64,000 nucleotides of DNA from Lama glama (Eukaryota): contig CM052817.1 in NCBI GenBank assembly GCA_028534125.1, forward strand, positions 62,994,001 to 63,058,000, in the 5' to 3' direction. This document shows positions 40,889 to 52,960 of this stretch, one piece after another (positions within the stretch are counted from its first letter, which is position 1; each line of letters starts with the position of its first letter). The notes below the pieces were generated by a model. It was not told where the DNA came from. It made no database searches and worked only from the letters and a program-made list of their open reading frames with translations. The translations under genes and the position numbers were made by a program.

Positions 40889-41395
40889 TGTTAAGCAAAC
40901 TCCCTATCCCGAGGTATCTATGGGATACTGAGCTAGGTTCAACAAAAGACCACACAGGAATTGAAATAGAAGAGTTTATTACTCACAGCAAGCCTTGAAG
41001 GGCCACATGAGGAGGCCAAGGCAAGGTGCAGGCAGAGGAAAACGTAGGACCCGTGGCACATGCCTTTATCAGGATCTGTGAGTGAAATGCTCTGGGGCTC
41101 ACAGGATAAGGCCAGATTGATCTATTCAAATTAGAAAGAGTGGGGTTTTGATAGTTCCCCTGGGGTCTTATCTAAGCAGTGCAGAGAGTAAAGGCCCTGG
41201 GAGGCAGGAGAGACTGTTGATCACAAGAGCCCTTGGATAAACCAGGAACCTACCTTTACTTGTGACTCTGTGGGCTGTTGTCTAGGGCACGTGTTTGTAT
41301 CAGGGGCTAGTGTCAGTTCACAGGCTGCCTGGCCAAACAAAATAGATGCCATTAAGGCAGCAATGCCATGAAGTAGCTTAGCTAAACTCTGGACA
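40889..41395 (-). mobile_element. ERVL solo LTR, MER73/MER74 group
   Basis: TG...CA termini; tttatt at 40975-40980 (AATAAA on minus); minus-strand start tgtccagagtttagctaagctac...gctgcc...gcatctattttg. Confidence 0.65.
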
Positions 41396-43224
41396 CCTTA
41401 CTACTGAATCCTTGGTCTTCTCATTTTCACTCCAGGGAAAACGAGACCACACTTCCATATTGTTTCTCTGAGCTAGATGGGTGTATCTGAACTCTTTCCA
41501 CTGTGATCACCGTTTCCTGCTCTGAACATCTCTGCTCTATCATATCTACAGAGGTGCTAATTAAGCAGTGGGAAAAATTCTCTCTGCTTGGACTCAACTA
41601 AACATGGGTTCTGCATTTACTGGGGTCAGGACACATCACTGTTTAATCACCTTCCCTTTAGTGATATGCTTGCTTACAAAAACATAGGTTTCTGCTCTGG
41701 CCTTAGGAATAATTTCTCTTTTGCCTTTTTATTGAGCATGTGATATAATGTATAGGGTAATAATTTGTATAGGTAATTCTGCTCTTAATAATAGGACTTC
41801 TTATGAACATACTATCCCCTCAGACACTGTTTCTTTTCTGAAGATAGCATTTCTCACAGAAGCAAGTGGGTACAGTGAGGAAAAGGTATGAGGTCATAAG
41901 CTAAGAGTAATTAGCTCCATAAAATGAAGTTTGTAGTGGGGAAACAGGTGCAGCCTTCCCTTGCTCACCACTACTCCTAAGCACAGCTGAAGGATTAATT
42001 CATTCCCAGCTGACAAGGATAACTGATATAACCAGCTGTCAAATGAAGACAGTTTATCATCTGTTTTACTTAGCATTTTTATCTTATAGAAGTTTGAATT
42101 ACATTTTAATAAAACATCTTTGAAATTTTAATGTTTAGTTCTCTAAAATCAAAGCAATTTAAATAATCAAAAAAGGATATCTAGTCTGTATACAAATAAC
42201 TCCCCAGTACATTAAATATCCTGTGTTCTGAATTGTTCTGAATGATTAAGTGTGGGTACTTCAGTGATCTGTGTTTAAGATGAAATACGTGAAAGATAGA
42301 TACGTTCTGATTAGAGGATGTGTTCAACAGACATTTAGCTTGCGTTAATCAGGAAATAAAAGCCCTTAACATATCCTCATTTGGGATAACCATGTAGTTC
42401 TAAACTCCTGCCTTCACGTGTACAATCTGTGAACACAGAAAATATGTTGGCCAAAATACAGTACAGTTTGTTTCCTATAAACCATATGAGTCTTACTAAA
42501 ATCCTCTTAAATAAATATTTTAAAACATCAGTTACAATACATGTTAAGTATCTTACAAATGGAAATGGGAAATAATATACTTGGAGGTAGAGCTTGAAAA
42601 TCAGAATGAATCACTTGGGAAAACTTCCAACATAGCAACTTCTTATAAGAGCTTTACTGTCACAATAGTCATGATGAGCTTAACTCCTCTGGGTGCATAA
42701 AAATCACAGAAGGACGGTATTGTAATTTTAGATGAATGAAAGTGTTGTGAAGGGGTGCAAATTGGCTCATGCACACATCTCCACAGCCCATAGGAGAAGA
42801 GATCAGCCTGAAGCAAAATTCTTGAGATTACAACGCTCAGTTTATGAAGCTTATATTTCATGTAGCAGGAAAATATACCTACCAGAAAAATCTTTTGTTA
42901 ACCTTCTGTTGTGACTTGGCTTCACACTAGCAAACAGTGAGATGCAGTCACTCACACAGCAAGCACTTACGTTTGAATAGAAATTGAACATTCCCAAAGG
43001 GTGAGAATATGGCTATTTACACCTTCAAAATGGAATTGTAAGCCTGAGGCCAAAAACATAGCTTTATAAGGAATAAATTTTACACAATGGTCCACCTCTG
43101 CCTCCTTCAAATATCTCCCCAATCTTAGAGATACTATCATGTGTTAGTACTTCTACAGGTCTAATTACTCCTCCAGCTTCTCTCAAAAGTTTTTCTTTTT
43201 CCTTTCTGCTTGATAAACTGGTTT

Positions 43225-43830
43225 TGTTATATTTAACTGGTGGCTGGACATTTTCATTTACAAGTCCTAGGCTTAATAAGTAAGGTATGTCTAACTAAAA
43301 TCACAATCTTTCCTTTCAAATTGTTCATCCCTCCAGGTTTCATTGTCAGTATCAAAGGTACCATCATTCTTTCTTTTTTTTCAAACCCTCAGAAATATGT
43401 CTGAATTTATTTTCCCCTACTCTAACTTATGATATCTCATTAGCTCAGACTCCAGAGTATTTTCATACCTATAACCTCTTTATTAGCTCTCCCTTTATAA
43501 TATTATTGCCACTTTTCCAGATCAATTTCTCATGCTTGGATAATTGTAGTAGTCTTCTAATAGTTTCTAGCCTTCAGTAAAATCATCTCATCCTGCACAT
43601 CACCATTAGATTGATTTCCTGCTGCAGTGTTCCCATCAGGCGCTGACCCTTCATCAAAACAAACCTAAAAGGTTTCTAAATAACATTCAAAATCATGACT
43701 CAATGTCCTCCCTGATCAAACAAAAGTCTTTTTGTCTAATTCCTTTTCCTTGTATTTCCAGAAATATTTAGTCCTACTATGCACTACACCCCCACCATTT
43801 AACCTTTGAAATCCAGCACTATTTCAATAT
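43225..43830 (+). mobile_element. L2 fragment
   Basis: ggacattttcatt, ggtaccatcatt, ttggataattgtagtagtcttctaa. Confidence 0.65.
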
Positions 43831-43882
43831 ACATTCGTCATCAGTCATCCAAATATTGATCCTCTAAATGTACTGTCTGCAT

Positions 43883-44021
43883 CAAGGGTCAGCAAATGAC
43901 ATCCACAGACCAATTCCATCCCTCTAACATCTCTGGATTGTCTCCAAACTAATTTTTTCTTTTTTCTCTTTCTTTTTTTTTTTTTTTTTTTTTACGTTTT
44001 TAAAAAGCTTGTCAAGCCCTG
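43883..44021 (+). mobile_element. Internally deleted MER58-like hAT-Charlie element with poly(T) expansion
   Basis: TIRs caagggtcagcaaa ... ttgtcaagccctg; 8-bp TSD gtctgcat/gtctgtat (7/8). Confidence 0.75.
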
Positions 44022-45239
44022 GTCTGTATCCCTTTGCCTTCACCTTAGTGTGAGTGAGTCAATCAGAAAACAATAAAATTGTTACAGGAAAGATTCAGCT
44101 AAATTTACTTATCTTTACTGTGAAGTCTGAAGGAGTGTAATATTGTAACTTCATTGAAGACAAAGTCTAATTATCTCAGGAATTAAGAAAGTCTGGGCAA
44201 TATATAAGTGACTAAAGAGTGGGAGAGTTTTTCCAACTTGAATAAAACTAGATACTGAGAATATATTTGACAGCTCCACAAAATTCTGTTTGAGAAATTC
44301 TTATTCAAGAACCTAAAATCTTACTTTGTGAATATTACTTTCCAAATTCATATTTTGAAGTTCAATACTAGTTGTAAATTAGTATGTGAATATGAGTGTC
44401 TGTGTTCTCTATCATATTTCATTATGTTATTATTTTATTATCTAAAAATAATAAAAATTTCTGGGTCATTTGTGTAAACTTCTTGTGACTTAGTATTGCC
44501 ATGTGGTTTCATCACTTTTATTCAGACTCTGGTTGATAGTGAGCAAAGCTTGGTCTAAATGGCGGTGTTAGATTTTAAATATTTTCCAAGCATGCCCTAC
44601 TAGAAACTGAGCATGCCAGCATTAGGGAATAAACATTGCTGGGATTAGTGTGGCAAGCTTCACTCTTTAAGTTTGATTTTCAGATGAGCATCTGAATTTT
44701 ATAATCATAGCATAAGACTTCGGATTCTTAAATGAATGGAAATTCCCACTTAAAGTTAATACACACAGAGTTCATAGCTGCCATGAATGTCTTGGGATGG
44801 AGATGGACAGACAACTTGCTAGAAAACAGAGAGATCTCATTATGTTATTCTTGGATTACAAACACACTCCTGTTTCTCAACTGGAAAATGTAATATCCAG
44901 TGTGACCTATAATCACCACTGAATCTTTACCCTATGTCCAAATCCAGATATATTCTATGTCCAAATCTAAAGGGAAGCAAAAATGAAAAACATCTAAGGG
45001 CAGTTTAGGATTCAAAGGACAGAATTTTCACTAGCCAATGGAATAAAAAAAGAAGGAAAGAAATGATTCTGTGAAACAAAGTAAAAACCATAAATAGTAT
45101 CTTGATACTGCTGCTGAGGACAGTATATAGTTTCATATGGTTATGGAAACTTACTAGCCAGAGTCTAATAGATATATATTCATACCAGTAAACCCTAAAA
45201 GAGGAGGCAGAGTGTGTTCCTGTTCTTTAAAAAATTACT

Positions 45240-45382
45240 TATCAACCAGCAGCATACACTGTAACTGGGAATTAATTAAAAATGTAGGCTCACAGATCCC
45301 ATTCCAAAATTGCTGATTGAGAATTTCATTTTAATAAGTTCCCCATGTGATTTTATACATATTAACATTTGAGAAGCAGTGC
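45240..45382. mobile_element. MER5-like hAT-Charlie element
   Basis: accagcagcat...ctgggaatt...cattttaataagttccccatgtgatt...tttgagaagcagtg. Confidence 0.7.
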
Positions 45383-46107
45383 TTGAAAACATGAAAATCC
45401 TAAATATCTGTCTGGTCCCTCTTTTATTGAAGATTGTTTATAAAGAAAACCAAAATGTCCTCTTCCCTTCCCCGCCCCATGATAGCTATTGAAAGCAATA
45501 ACCAGAAAGAACAATATATCATTTAAAGGGATAGAGTCAAGTAAGAACAAATGAGAGCCTACCAGGAAAATTATATTCCATCAACAGTCATCATATTGCT
45601 GTGTTGTTTTATCTAAATATTATATATAACATTGGTTAACTGTCTCAATTAGAATAAGGGGATTATTCTGGGACAGACAGTGTAATTATAGTCAATCCAT
45701 ACAGACAGTGCTAATCAATACCAATTACATCCTTTCTTCACATACAGAAAAAAACTACAAAACAAGAGTCTCCTGTTTATCAGTAATATTGGCTAGTATC
45801 AATTGTTAACATTATTTAAACTGGTTATTTAAATATTTTTGACCTGCTCAATTTTCCAGTAAGTTTAAGTATATATATTCCTATGCAATTAATCTACCCA
45901 GTTGGCAAAGTAAGGGTCATTCTTTAATGCAGTTTCACATTTTGGGGGCAATTTTTAAGATACCAACTAATTTTTATTTTGATGACTTTTCTAATAATTT
46001 GTTTTATCCATTAACAAAAGCTATCCCATACAGAAGCACAGATTTAGTTAAGGACATTGAGAATTAGTTCAATCATGGTGGTATTCAAATAAAATTAAAA
46101 GAAAACA

Positions 46108-46440
46108 GTACCAAGGGATTCCAGAAATTATGCCAAAACGAGTATCATTCTTTTTTAAATGGATTTAAGTAGTATGAATACAAAACACAAAACGTGGTAG
46201 GATTATATATGTAGTAATGTAAATGGTTTTTAAGAAATACACTGGAATTTATAAATCCAAACATTCATTTCAAAAGCGTCAACTTGGATGTGTATACAAT
46301 TAAGACTTTAACATAATTCAAAACTATATAGGATCCCTCTTTTAGAGTCATTTTAACAATCTATTATGTATTATCATTTAAAAATCACAAATGGTGTACT
46401 AATGTTCATCATTTTTAAATGGATTTGATTGTTGAAGATA
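46108..46440. mobile_element. Possible MARNA/mariner-like relic
   Basis: ttcatttcaaaa...gtatacaatt...tcaaaact...ccctctttt...aatggatttgatt loosely resembles MARNA. Confidence 0.35.
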
Positions 46441-46568
46441 GAATCTTTGATATACTAGTTAAGATAGCAATTTAGGATTCAGTTTCCTATGGAGCATATT
46501 TGTAGCTGAACAAATTAATATGTTGGGCAACAACTTGAATAAAATAAATTACTTAAAGAAATAAAGGT

Positions 46569-46661
46569 GGGGGGGAGTGTTAAAGCACATACTTAGTGTG
46601 CACGAGGTCCTGGGTTCAATTCCTTAGTACCTCCATTAAAAGAACTAAAATAAAATAAAAA
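46569..46661 (+). mobile_element. tRNA-derived SINE, camelid Vic-1-like, with A-box deletion
   Basis: gggg...cttagtgtgcacgaggtcctgggttcaattccttagtacctcca plus A-rich tail; B box GGTTCAATTCC; 15-bp TSD 46554-46568 / 46662-46676 (13/15). Confidence 0.85.
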
Positions 46662-48529
46662 TAAAGTAATAAAGATAATACTTCATAGGTCTTATATGGT
46701 CTCTGTATTAGTTTAGTGAAGGAAGCATTATTGTATTAAGAAGTTCAGATAAACTGACCCACAAATATATGGGTGATGGATATAAGATTTTTTTCTTCTA
46801 TTTCCTTTTTCCTTCCACTTAATACCTAACCATAAGGAAAACATAATTACATAGGAATATAAATTGAAGTCAATAATCCTTAAAATACATAGAAGTCCAT
46901 TTTTTTAAATTTGTACAGATTTTTATTAATTTAATGGAAGAGCTGTATCAAGTTATTAAGGAAAGGGTAAGAATATGTGAATCTTTCTGGTAAATTAACT
47001 TGTTTTTCTGTTGTTGTATGTTTGCTTTTATTTAGGGGAGAATAGAATTCTCTAATAGAACAGTCAACAAAATGTGGAGTTAAGTCCTCAGGGAATTAAG
47101 CCATGTTTCTTTGCTGAAATTAGGTACAGATTCTAGATCAGAACAAGAATGAGGATGCATTTGACACTATATACACCACTTCACATACCCCACTCCAAGA
47201 AATACAAAGTAAATAGGACATTTTCTCATATATTTGTGGTATTTTTCCTTAAAAAACAGCTAATACATCTATCACTAGAGCAAATCTTTAATGTTTTTGT
47301 ATTAATACACTACAAAGCACAAAGAAACAGTGTGATGAGACAATTGTTCCAGAAAAATATAATAAACTCTTACTGTGTTGAGACTGGGCCACGTATTTTG
47401 GATACAGAATCAAATATTTCCCGTACTCTGTTTTCTTTTTTGGATAAGGAACAAAATAAGAATTATAATACATGCTATAAATATCAACAAAGGAATGTCT
47501 AACTCTGCATGCTAAATGCAGTTTCCCACAAGATACCATATTTGAATTAGAAAAAGGAAATGTCTTCATTGTTTTATGTATGTCTTTCCAGACCAAGCAA
47601 CAACAACCGACGTATGAATGTGTATATACTCACAAGTTTGTCTGACTGTAAAGGAAGAAAATATTTATCATTGGCCTTGGCTAAAAAGTCTAAACAGATA
47701 GCTTCCTCAAGCTTCCCCTATCCCTAATAGACAAAGTGAAGCTAGTTTTTCTGACTGAAGCTTTTCTAAAAACATTTTAGAGGAAGCAAATCACTCTGAC
47801 ATACTTCTCTACATCTTTTAAATTCATTCCAACTACATATGTTAAACTGTCGATTTATAAAAGAAATGTAGTGCCTGACTGATACTGATTCTTGTTTCTA
47901 AAACAGGTATATGCTTGATGAATGTGACACAATGAATGCTATATTTCTATTTGTAAAAATAAGACAAGGCATGAGAAATAATTTATATCAAATAATTTTT
48001 CTTAAATAATTGATTTTATTCAACTCAATGTCAGAATCCAAATAAGTTACACAGCAGGTTGTTTTTTAAGTTTCTAACCCAGCTACAATCTTTCGTTTGC
48101 CTCATTTGTAGTTTGTGTAATCTCACCTCTGCAGTTCACTTTTTAAAACTGAAAGAACACATTGCAGGGAGGGAATACAAAAATACTGAAGTGTATTTGA
48201 AATTAATAACCATTTCATGTCAGAGAGGCTATGAAGATTTTATTATGTGCTAGAATCTCTTATTTAACAAGAGCTACTGTGAATGTTATTTATCATTCTC
48301 AATGCTTATAAAATTATGAGGCAAATATGGCACGTTTCAAGAAAACAGTCATATATTTTACATCAAGTGTAAAAAGCACAGGTGTGTGCCTGCAAATAAA
48401 CACACACTCCTCAACTGAAATACTCACCCACCCCAACTTTAAAGGACTAAATTGACAAATTAAACTCATTTTCTTCCTGTACTCCTTATACATACTGTTT
48501 CTGATTTTCTCACTAGTACATACAAATAG

Positions 48530-49125
48530 TGTGTTAAATACCTATTGCTGCATAACAAATTATCCCTAAACTCAGCAACTTAAAACAACACGTACTTATT
48601 ATCTCACAGTTCCTGTGCATCAGCTTGGCCCTCTAAGGATCTCCAAGGGAACCATCTGAATGGTACTCCCATTTAGAGTCTCTTACAATGAGGCAATAAA
48701 CATATTGGCTACAGTTACCTTAAGATTCCTCTGAGGAAGCATCCACTCTGAAACTCACTTACCTGTTGTTGGCAGGATCCAGTTTGTCATAAATTAGTGG
48801 ACTGAGGACATCAGTTCCTTACTGATTGTCGGCTGAAGGTCTCGATCAATTCTTTGCCATTTGAGTCTCTCCATAAGGTAGTTTATGCATGGCAGGTGGT
48901 TTCCATCTGAGTAAGTAAGTGAGAAGGCAAGAGAAGTTGAACAAGACAGAAATCACAGTCCTTTTGTAATCTAATCTCAAAAGCTGACATCAGGGTTTCT
49001 TCTGCCCTATTCTATTCATGGGTAGTGGGTCACTAGATTCAGCCCACACTGGAGTGGAAGTGGTCACATGGTGTAAACACTAGGAAGTGAGGTTTTAGGA
49101 CATCTTAGAGGCTGCCTCCTACTCA
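48530..49125 (-). mobile_element. MLT1F-like MaLR solo LTR
   Basis: ctattgctgcataacaaatt...ttaaaacaaca...ttattatctcacagtt...ggactgagg...cagcccacact...catcttagaggctgcct. Confidence 0.85.
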
Positions 49126-50491
49126 GTGCACAGAATGTAGTTAGCACGTAAGAAGCATTCCCCAAATAACTAAGTGAATTTTTCTTATCATAAAAAAACT
49201 CAGAAAAAAAAAGGAGTTCAAATAATACCAAAATGAAATTATGTTTTCATACTGAGGAGTAACTCCCTACTTCTAAAACCAACCACACTGGATCCAAGTA
49301 GCATAATCTTTGCTTTAATCACTTAATCTAGTGAAGAATTCAATATAATGTATATAAATATCACTATTCAAAACCTGGCTTAGCCTGCTGACTTGTCAAG
49401 AAGACAGTAAGCTATTGACCAAGAAATCCACTTTCCATAGGTAACCATAAATATTTTGGTTTAATATTACCATCACATTTTTATGTGAAGATATTGTTGG
49501 CGGTCACTTTAATGCAGTGCTTCCTGAGCTAGTTAGTGTCTTGCTGGTATCAACAAACCTTGAAATGAATAGAGATGTATATCCTCAGCATCAAAAGTTG
49601 GGTATGTGCATATACATATATATATTTGAACATTTTTATGCTAACTTTCAAATATAGACATCCTATAAGCAGAAGTTTGTATCTGAAAGATTATATTTAT
49701 AGGAAATAATGCTTTTATTATTGTTTTCTACTTTAACAGAATTTCCCTCAGCAATTTTTAAAGTGTTGCTATCAGTTTCATCATGTGCTTTTCTGTGTAA
49801 GGCTTAAAAATTAAGAATATATGTAAAATCACTTATCCTTGAAGAAGAGAAACTATTAGAGTCAATTTTTGCACGTTTAACTAGAATATCTAGAAAACTA
49901 AGAGTCTAGACATTGAAATTACTTTTTGAACCCATTAGAAATTTAATGTGTCTATATTTGCTGTAAAGTACTTAGTAACAACATGGCTAACTTCAAAGGA
50001 AAGAAATGTAAATATCAACTGAAGAAGGAGATTAGACACAACATTGTAAAATTATTATAAATCAATAAAAAATGTTAAAAAAGATTAATTTTAAATGTTC
50101 TTCTTTGTCAGTAACCAATATAATCCATCATATTTTTACACATTTTCATGGAAATGGAAGAATGGCCAAATTGTGTCATTAATATCTCTAAGAACTCTAA
50201 TGTTTATGTTTCTAATTCTAATATGCATAATTTAATGCTATTTTCCTGTTAATTGCATTTAAAATATTAGTGTGTTGTCCCTCTGTCTTCTGGTTTCTGA
50301 TTTATATCCATAAAATTTTGTTGATGAAACTAAATATAAATTTGGTATGAGAACTAAGACTGATTAAACAACAGTAGTTAATGCTAACATCATAAAGAAA
50401 TCTGATTTTAAAATGCCAAAATTTGTGTTTCATAGCTCTTTATATTTAGAATTTGTTTTATTTAGACTCAGCAACTATCCAACATTGTGCC

Positions 50492-50939
50492 TATAATGAG
50501 TAGGACAGCGTTCCCCCAAAGAGAAATATACAAGCCCTAACTCCTGCTAACTGGGAATGTGACATTATTTGGAAATATGGTAAGTGCAGATGTAGTTAAA
50601 TTAAGGATCGAGATAGATTCTTCTTGAATTTAGAGTGGGCCTTAGATCCAATGATTGGTGTCCTTATAAGAGAAAGGAGAGGGATTTTTGAGATACATAG
50701 AGACAGAAGCAGAGATTGTACTTGGTGATATCCATATCACAAGGAATGCCAAAGATTGCCTGCAGCCACCAGAAGCCAGGAGGGAGGCATGGATTGGATT
50801 ATTCCTCAGATCCTTCAGAAGGTACTTACGTTTTAATTTTAGTTATCTAGCCTCCAGAACTGTGAGAGATTAAATTTCTGTCATTTTAGTCAACCACGTT
50901 TGTGACTTTTTATTATGGCACCCCTAGCAAAGCAGCACA
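50492..50939 (+). mobile_element. MLT1C-like MaLR solo LTR
   Basis: gaatgtgacattatttggaaata, gtccttataagaga, ccaccagaagccagg, gcctccagaactgtgaga; perfect 5-bp TSD GTGCC (50487-50491 / 50940-50944). Confidence 0.9.
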
Positions 50940-51134
50940 GTGCCATTTAATATACACACTAAAACACAGAGATTCTTATTTTACCAAGATGAAAAATAAG
51001 TATATAAATTGATATGTGTATCACTGGCTTAGAAACAAGAGTGAAATATTCTTTCAGTATATGCTGCATTTCCATCTCTTCAATACACCACAGATTACTA
51101 TAGTGTTTGGTTAAAGCAGTTATTATTAACTTTG

Positions 51135-51779
51135 AGTTGATTTTTTTGGACACATCCCCTAAGGCAAAGGAAAAAAAAAGAAAAAGAAATGGTGCTCTTC
51201 AAACTAAAAAGCTTTGGCACAGCAAAGGAAACTACCAACAAAAGGTCACGTACTGAATGGGAGAATATTATCTGCAAACAATGTATCTGATAAGGGGTTA
51301 ATATCCAAATACAAAACTCATACAACACAACAACAACAACAACAACAACAAAAACTCAATTGAAAAATAGGCAAAGGATCTGAATAGACACTTTTCCAAG
51401 GAAGACATACAGATGACCTACAGGCACATGAAAAGATGCTCATCATCACTAACCATCAGAAAAATGCAAATCATGAGTGTAGCCACTATCGAAAACAATA
51501 TAGAGTTCCCTCAAAAATTTCAAAGTGGAATTACCATATGATCCAGAAGTCCCATTTCTAGGTATATACACAAAGTCATTAAGATAGAAATCTCAAAGAC
51601 ATATCTGCACTTCTTGTTTATTCCATTATTACTGACAGTAGCTGAAATATGGAAATAACCTAAATGTCTTTATCTACAGAAGATGGGTAAAGAAAATGTA
51701 TTTTACACATTAGATGGAGTATTATTTAGCTTTTAAAAATAAAATTTGCAACAACAACAAAAACAAAGAAAAGAAAAGG

Positions 51780-51810
<31 letters not shown>

Positions 51811-52300
51811 TGCAAATCAAAACCACAATGAGACATCATCTCATACCTGTCAAAATGGCTATTATCAAAAAGACAACAAATAACAAGTGTTGGAAAGAAT
51901 GTGGAGAAAAGGGAACCTTTGTGCATTGTTGGTGGGAATGTAAATTGGTGCATCCACTATGGAAAACAGTACAGACTCCTCAAAAAATTAAAAACAGAAT
52001 TACCATGTGATCCAGCAATTCCATTCCTGGGTATTTATCTAAATATAATTAGCACTGCTATATGTTACATATGAAAGTTGTTAAGAGAGTAAATCCTAAG
52101 AGTTCTCATCACAAGAAAACATTCTTTTCTATTTCTTTAATTTTGTACCCATATAAGATGATACATGTTCACTAAAATTGTTGTGATAATCACTTCATGA
52201 TGTATGCAAATCAAATCATTATGCTGTATATCTTAAACTTATACAGTGTTGCATGTCAATTATATCCCAATAGAACTGGGAGAAAAAAGGAAAATAAATA
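51135..52300 (+). mobile_element. Host L1 (ORF2 3' end plus L1MA9-derived 3' UTR), interrupted at 51474-51803 and internally deleted near 52043
   Basis: [54 protein letters not shown]; aaagttgttaagagagtaaatcctaagagttctcatcacaag. Confidence 0.9.
51474..51803 (+). mobile_element. Retroposed, prematurely polyadenylated L1-derived insert
   Basis: Perfect 16-bp TSD agaaaaatgcaaatca (51458-51473 / 51804-51819); AATAAA 51738-51743; A-rich (GAAAA)n tail. Confidence 0.85.
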
Positions 52301-52960
52301 GGATTTGGGGCACTCCAAGTTAAAATAATCTTCTTTAAAATAAAAAAAAAAGTCAAAATCTGAAAGTGAATAAATATCATGACCGTCTTAACCAATATTT
52401 TACATATGCTTTCTTTTTCAATAGAGTGATAAAAATCTAGTTAAACTACATCTAAAAGTGTTTTATTAATAAGTAAAAATTTTAGCAAATGGAGTGATAA
52501 TGTAAAGTAATAATTCAATTATCAGGTTTTTCCTTTGAGAGGAAATATAATCTTTTAATTGATTCTTAGATTTGATGACATATTTGTTACTGTCATATAG
52601 GCTGTTAGTTGAAGAGGACTGAAAAGAAGTTTTTGCAAAATATTTTTCCAAGGATTCTTCTCTCTCATGCAGAGAGACCTGGAAATGTCACATTGTCACT
52701 TGCCAGAGTTGCCAAATATGTCTTTTTCCCAGAGAAGAGCAAGTTTATTCTGAAACAGATGCTAATGCTATTCTTAGGAAATTCTAACCTACAAAGAGGT
52801 AAAATATACTTTTTATTTAAAATGAATATTTTCTTCTAATTTCATGGTTATGTTTCTGGTGTTTTGTTTGTTTGCTTTTTCATTTAAAATTTTAAAACCA
52901 ATAAGATAAAAGTTGATTTTCCAGCATAGGTTATTCTGAACTGATGCTTTTCAGAATAGT

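Noticed and set aside
44588..44618. p53 response element (AAGCATGCCC-N11-GAGCATGCCA)
   Set aside because: An 11-bp spacer generally gives little activity; plausible by chance.
46569..46640. tRNA gene
   Set aside because: A box deleted, A-tail and TSD present; it is a SINE.
51474..51803. Simple tandem duplication of host L1 sequence
   Set aside because: The insert differs at many positions from the host's equivalent segment and has its own poly(A) signal, tail and TSD.
51714..52010. 98-aa Lys-rich ORF
   Set aside because: It is the insert end and A-rich tail read into the host L1 ORF2 remnant.
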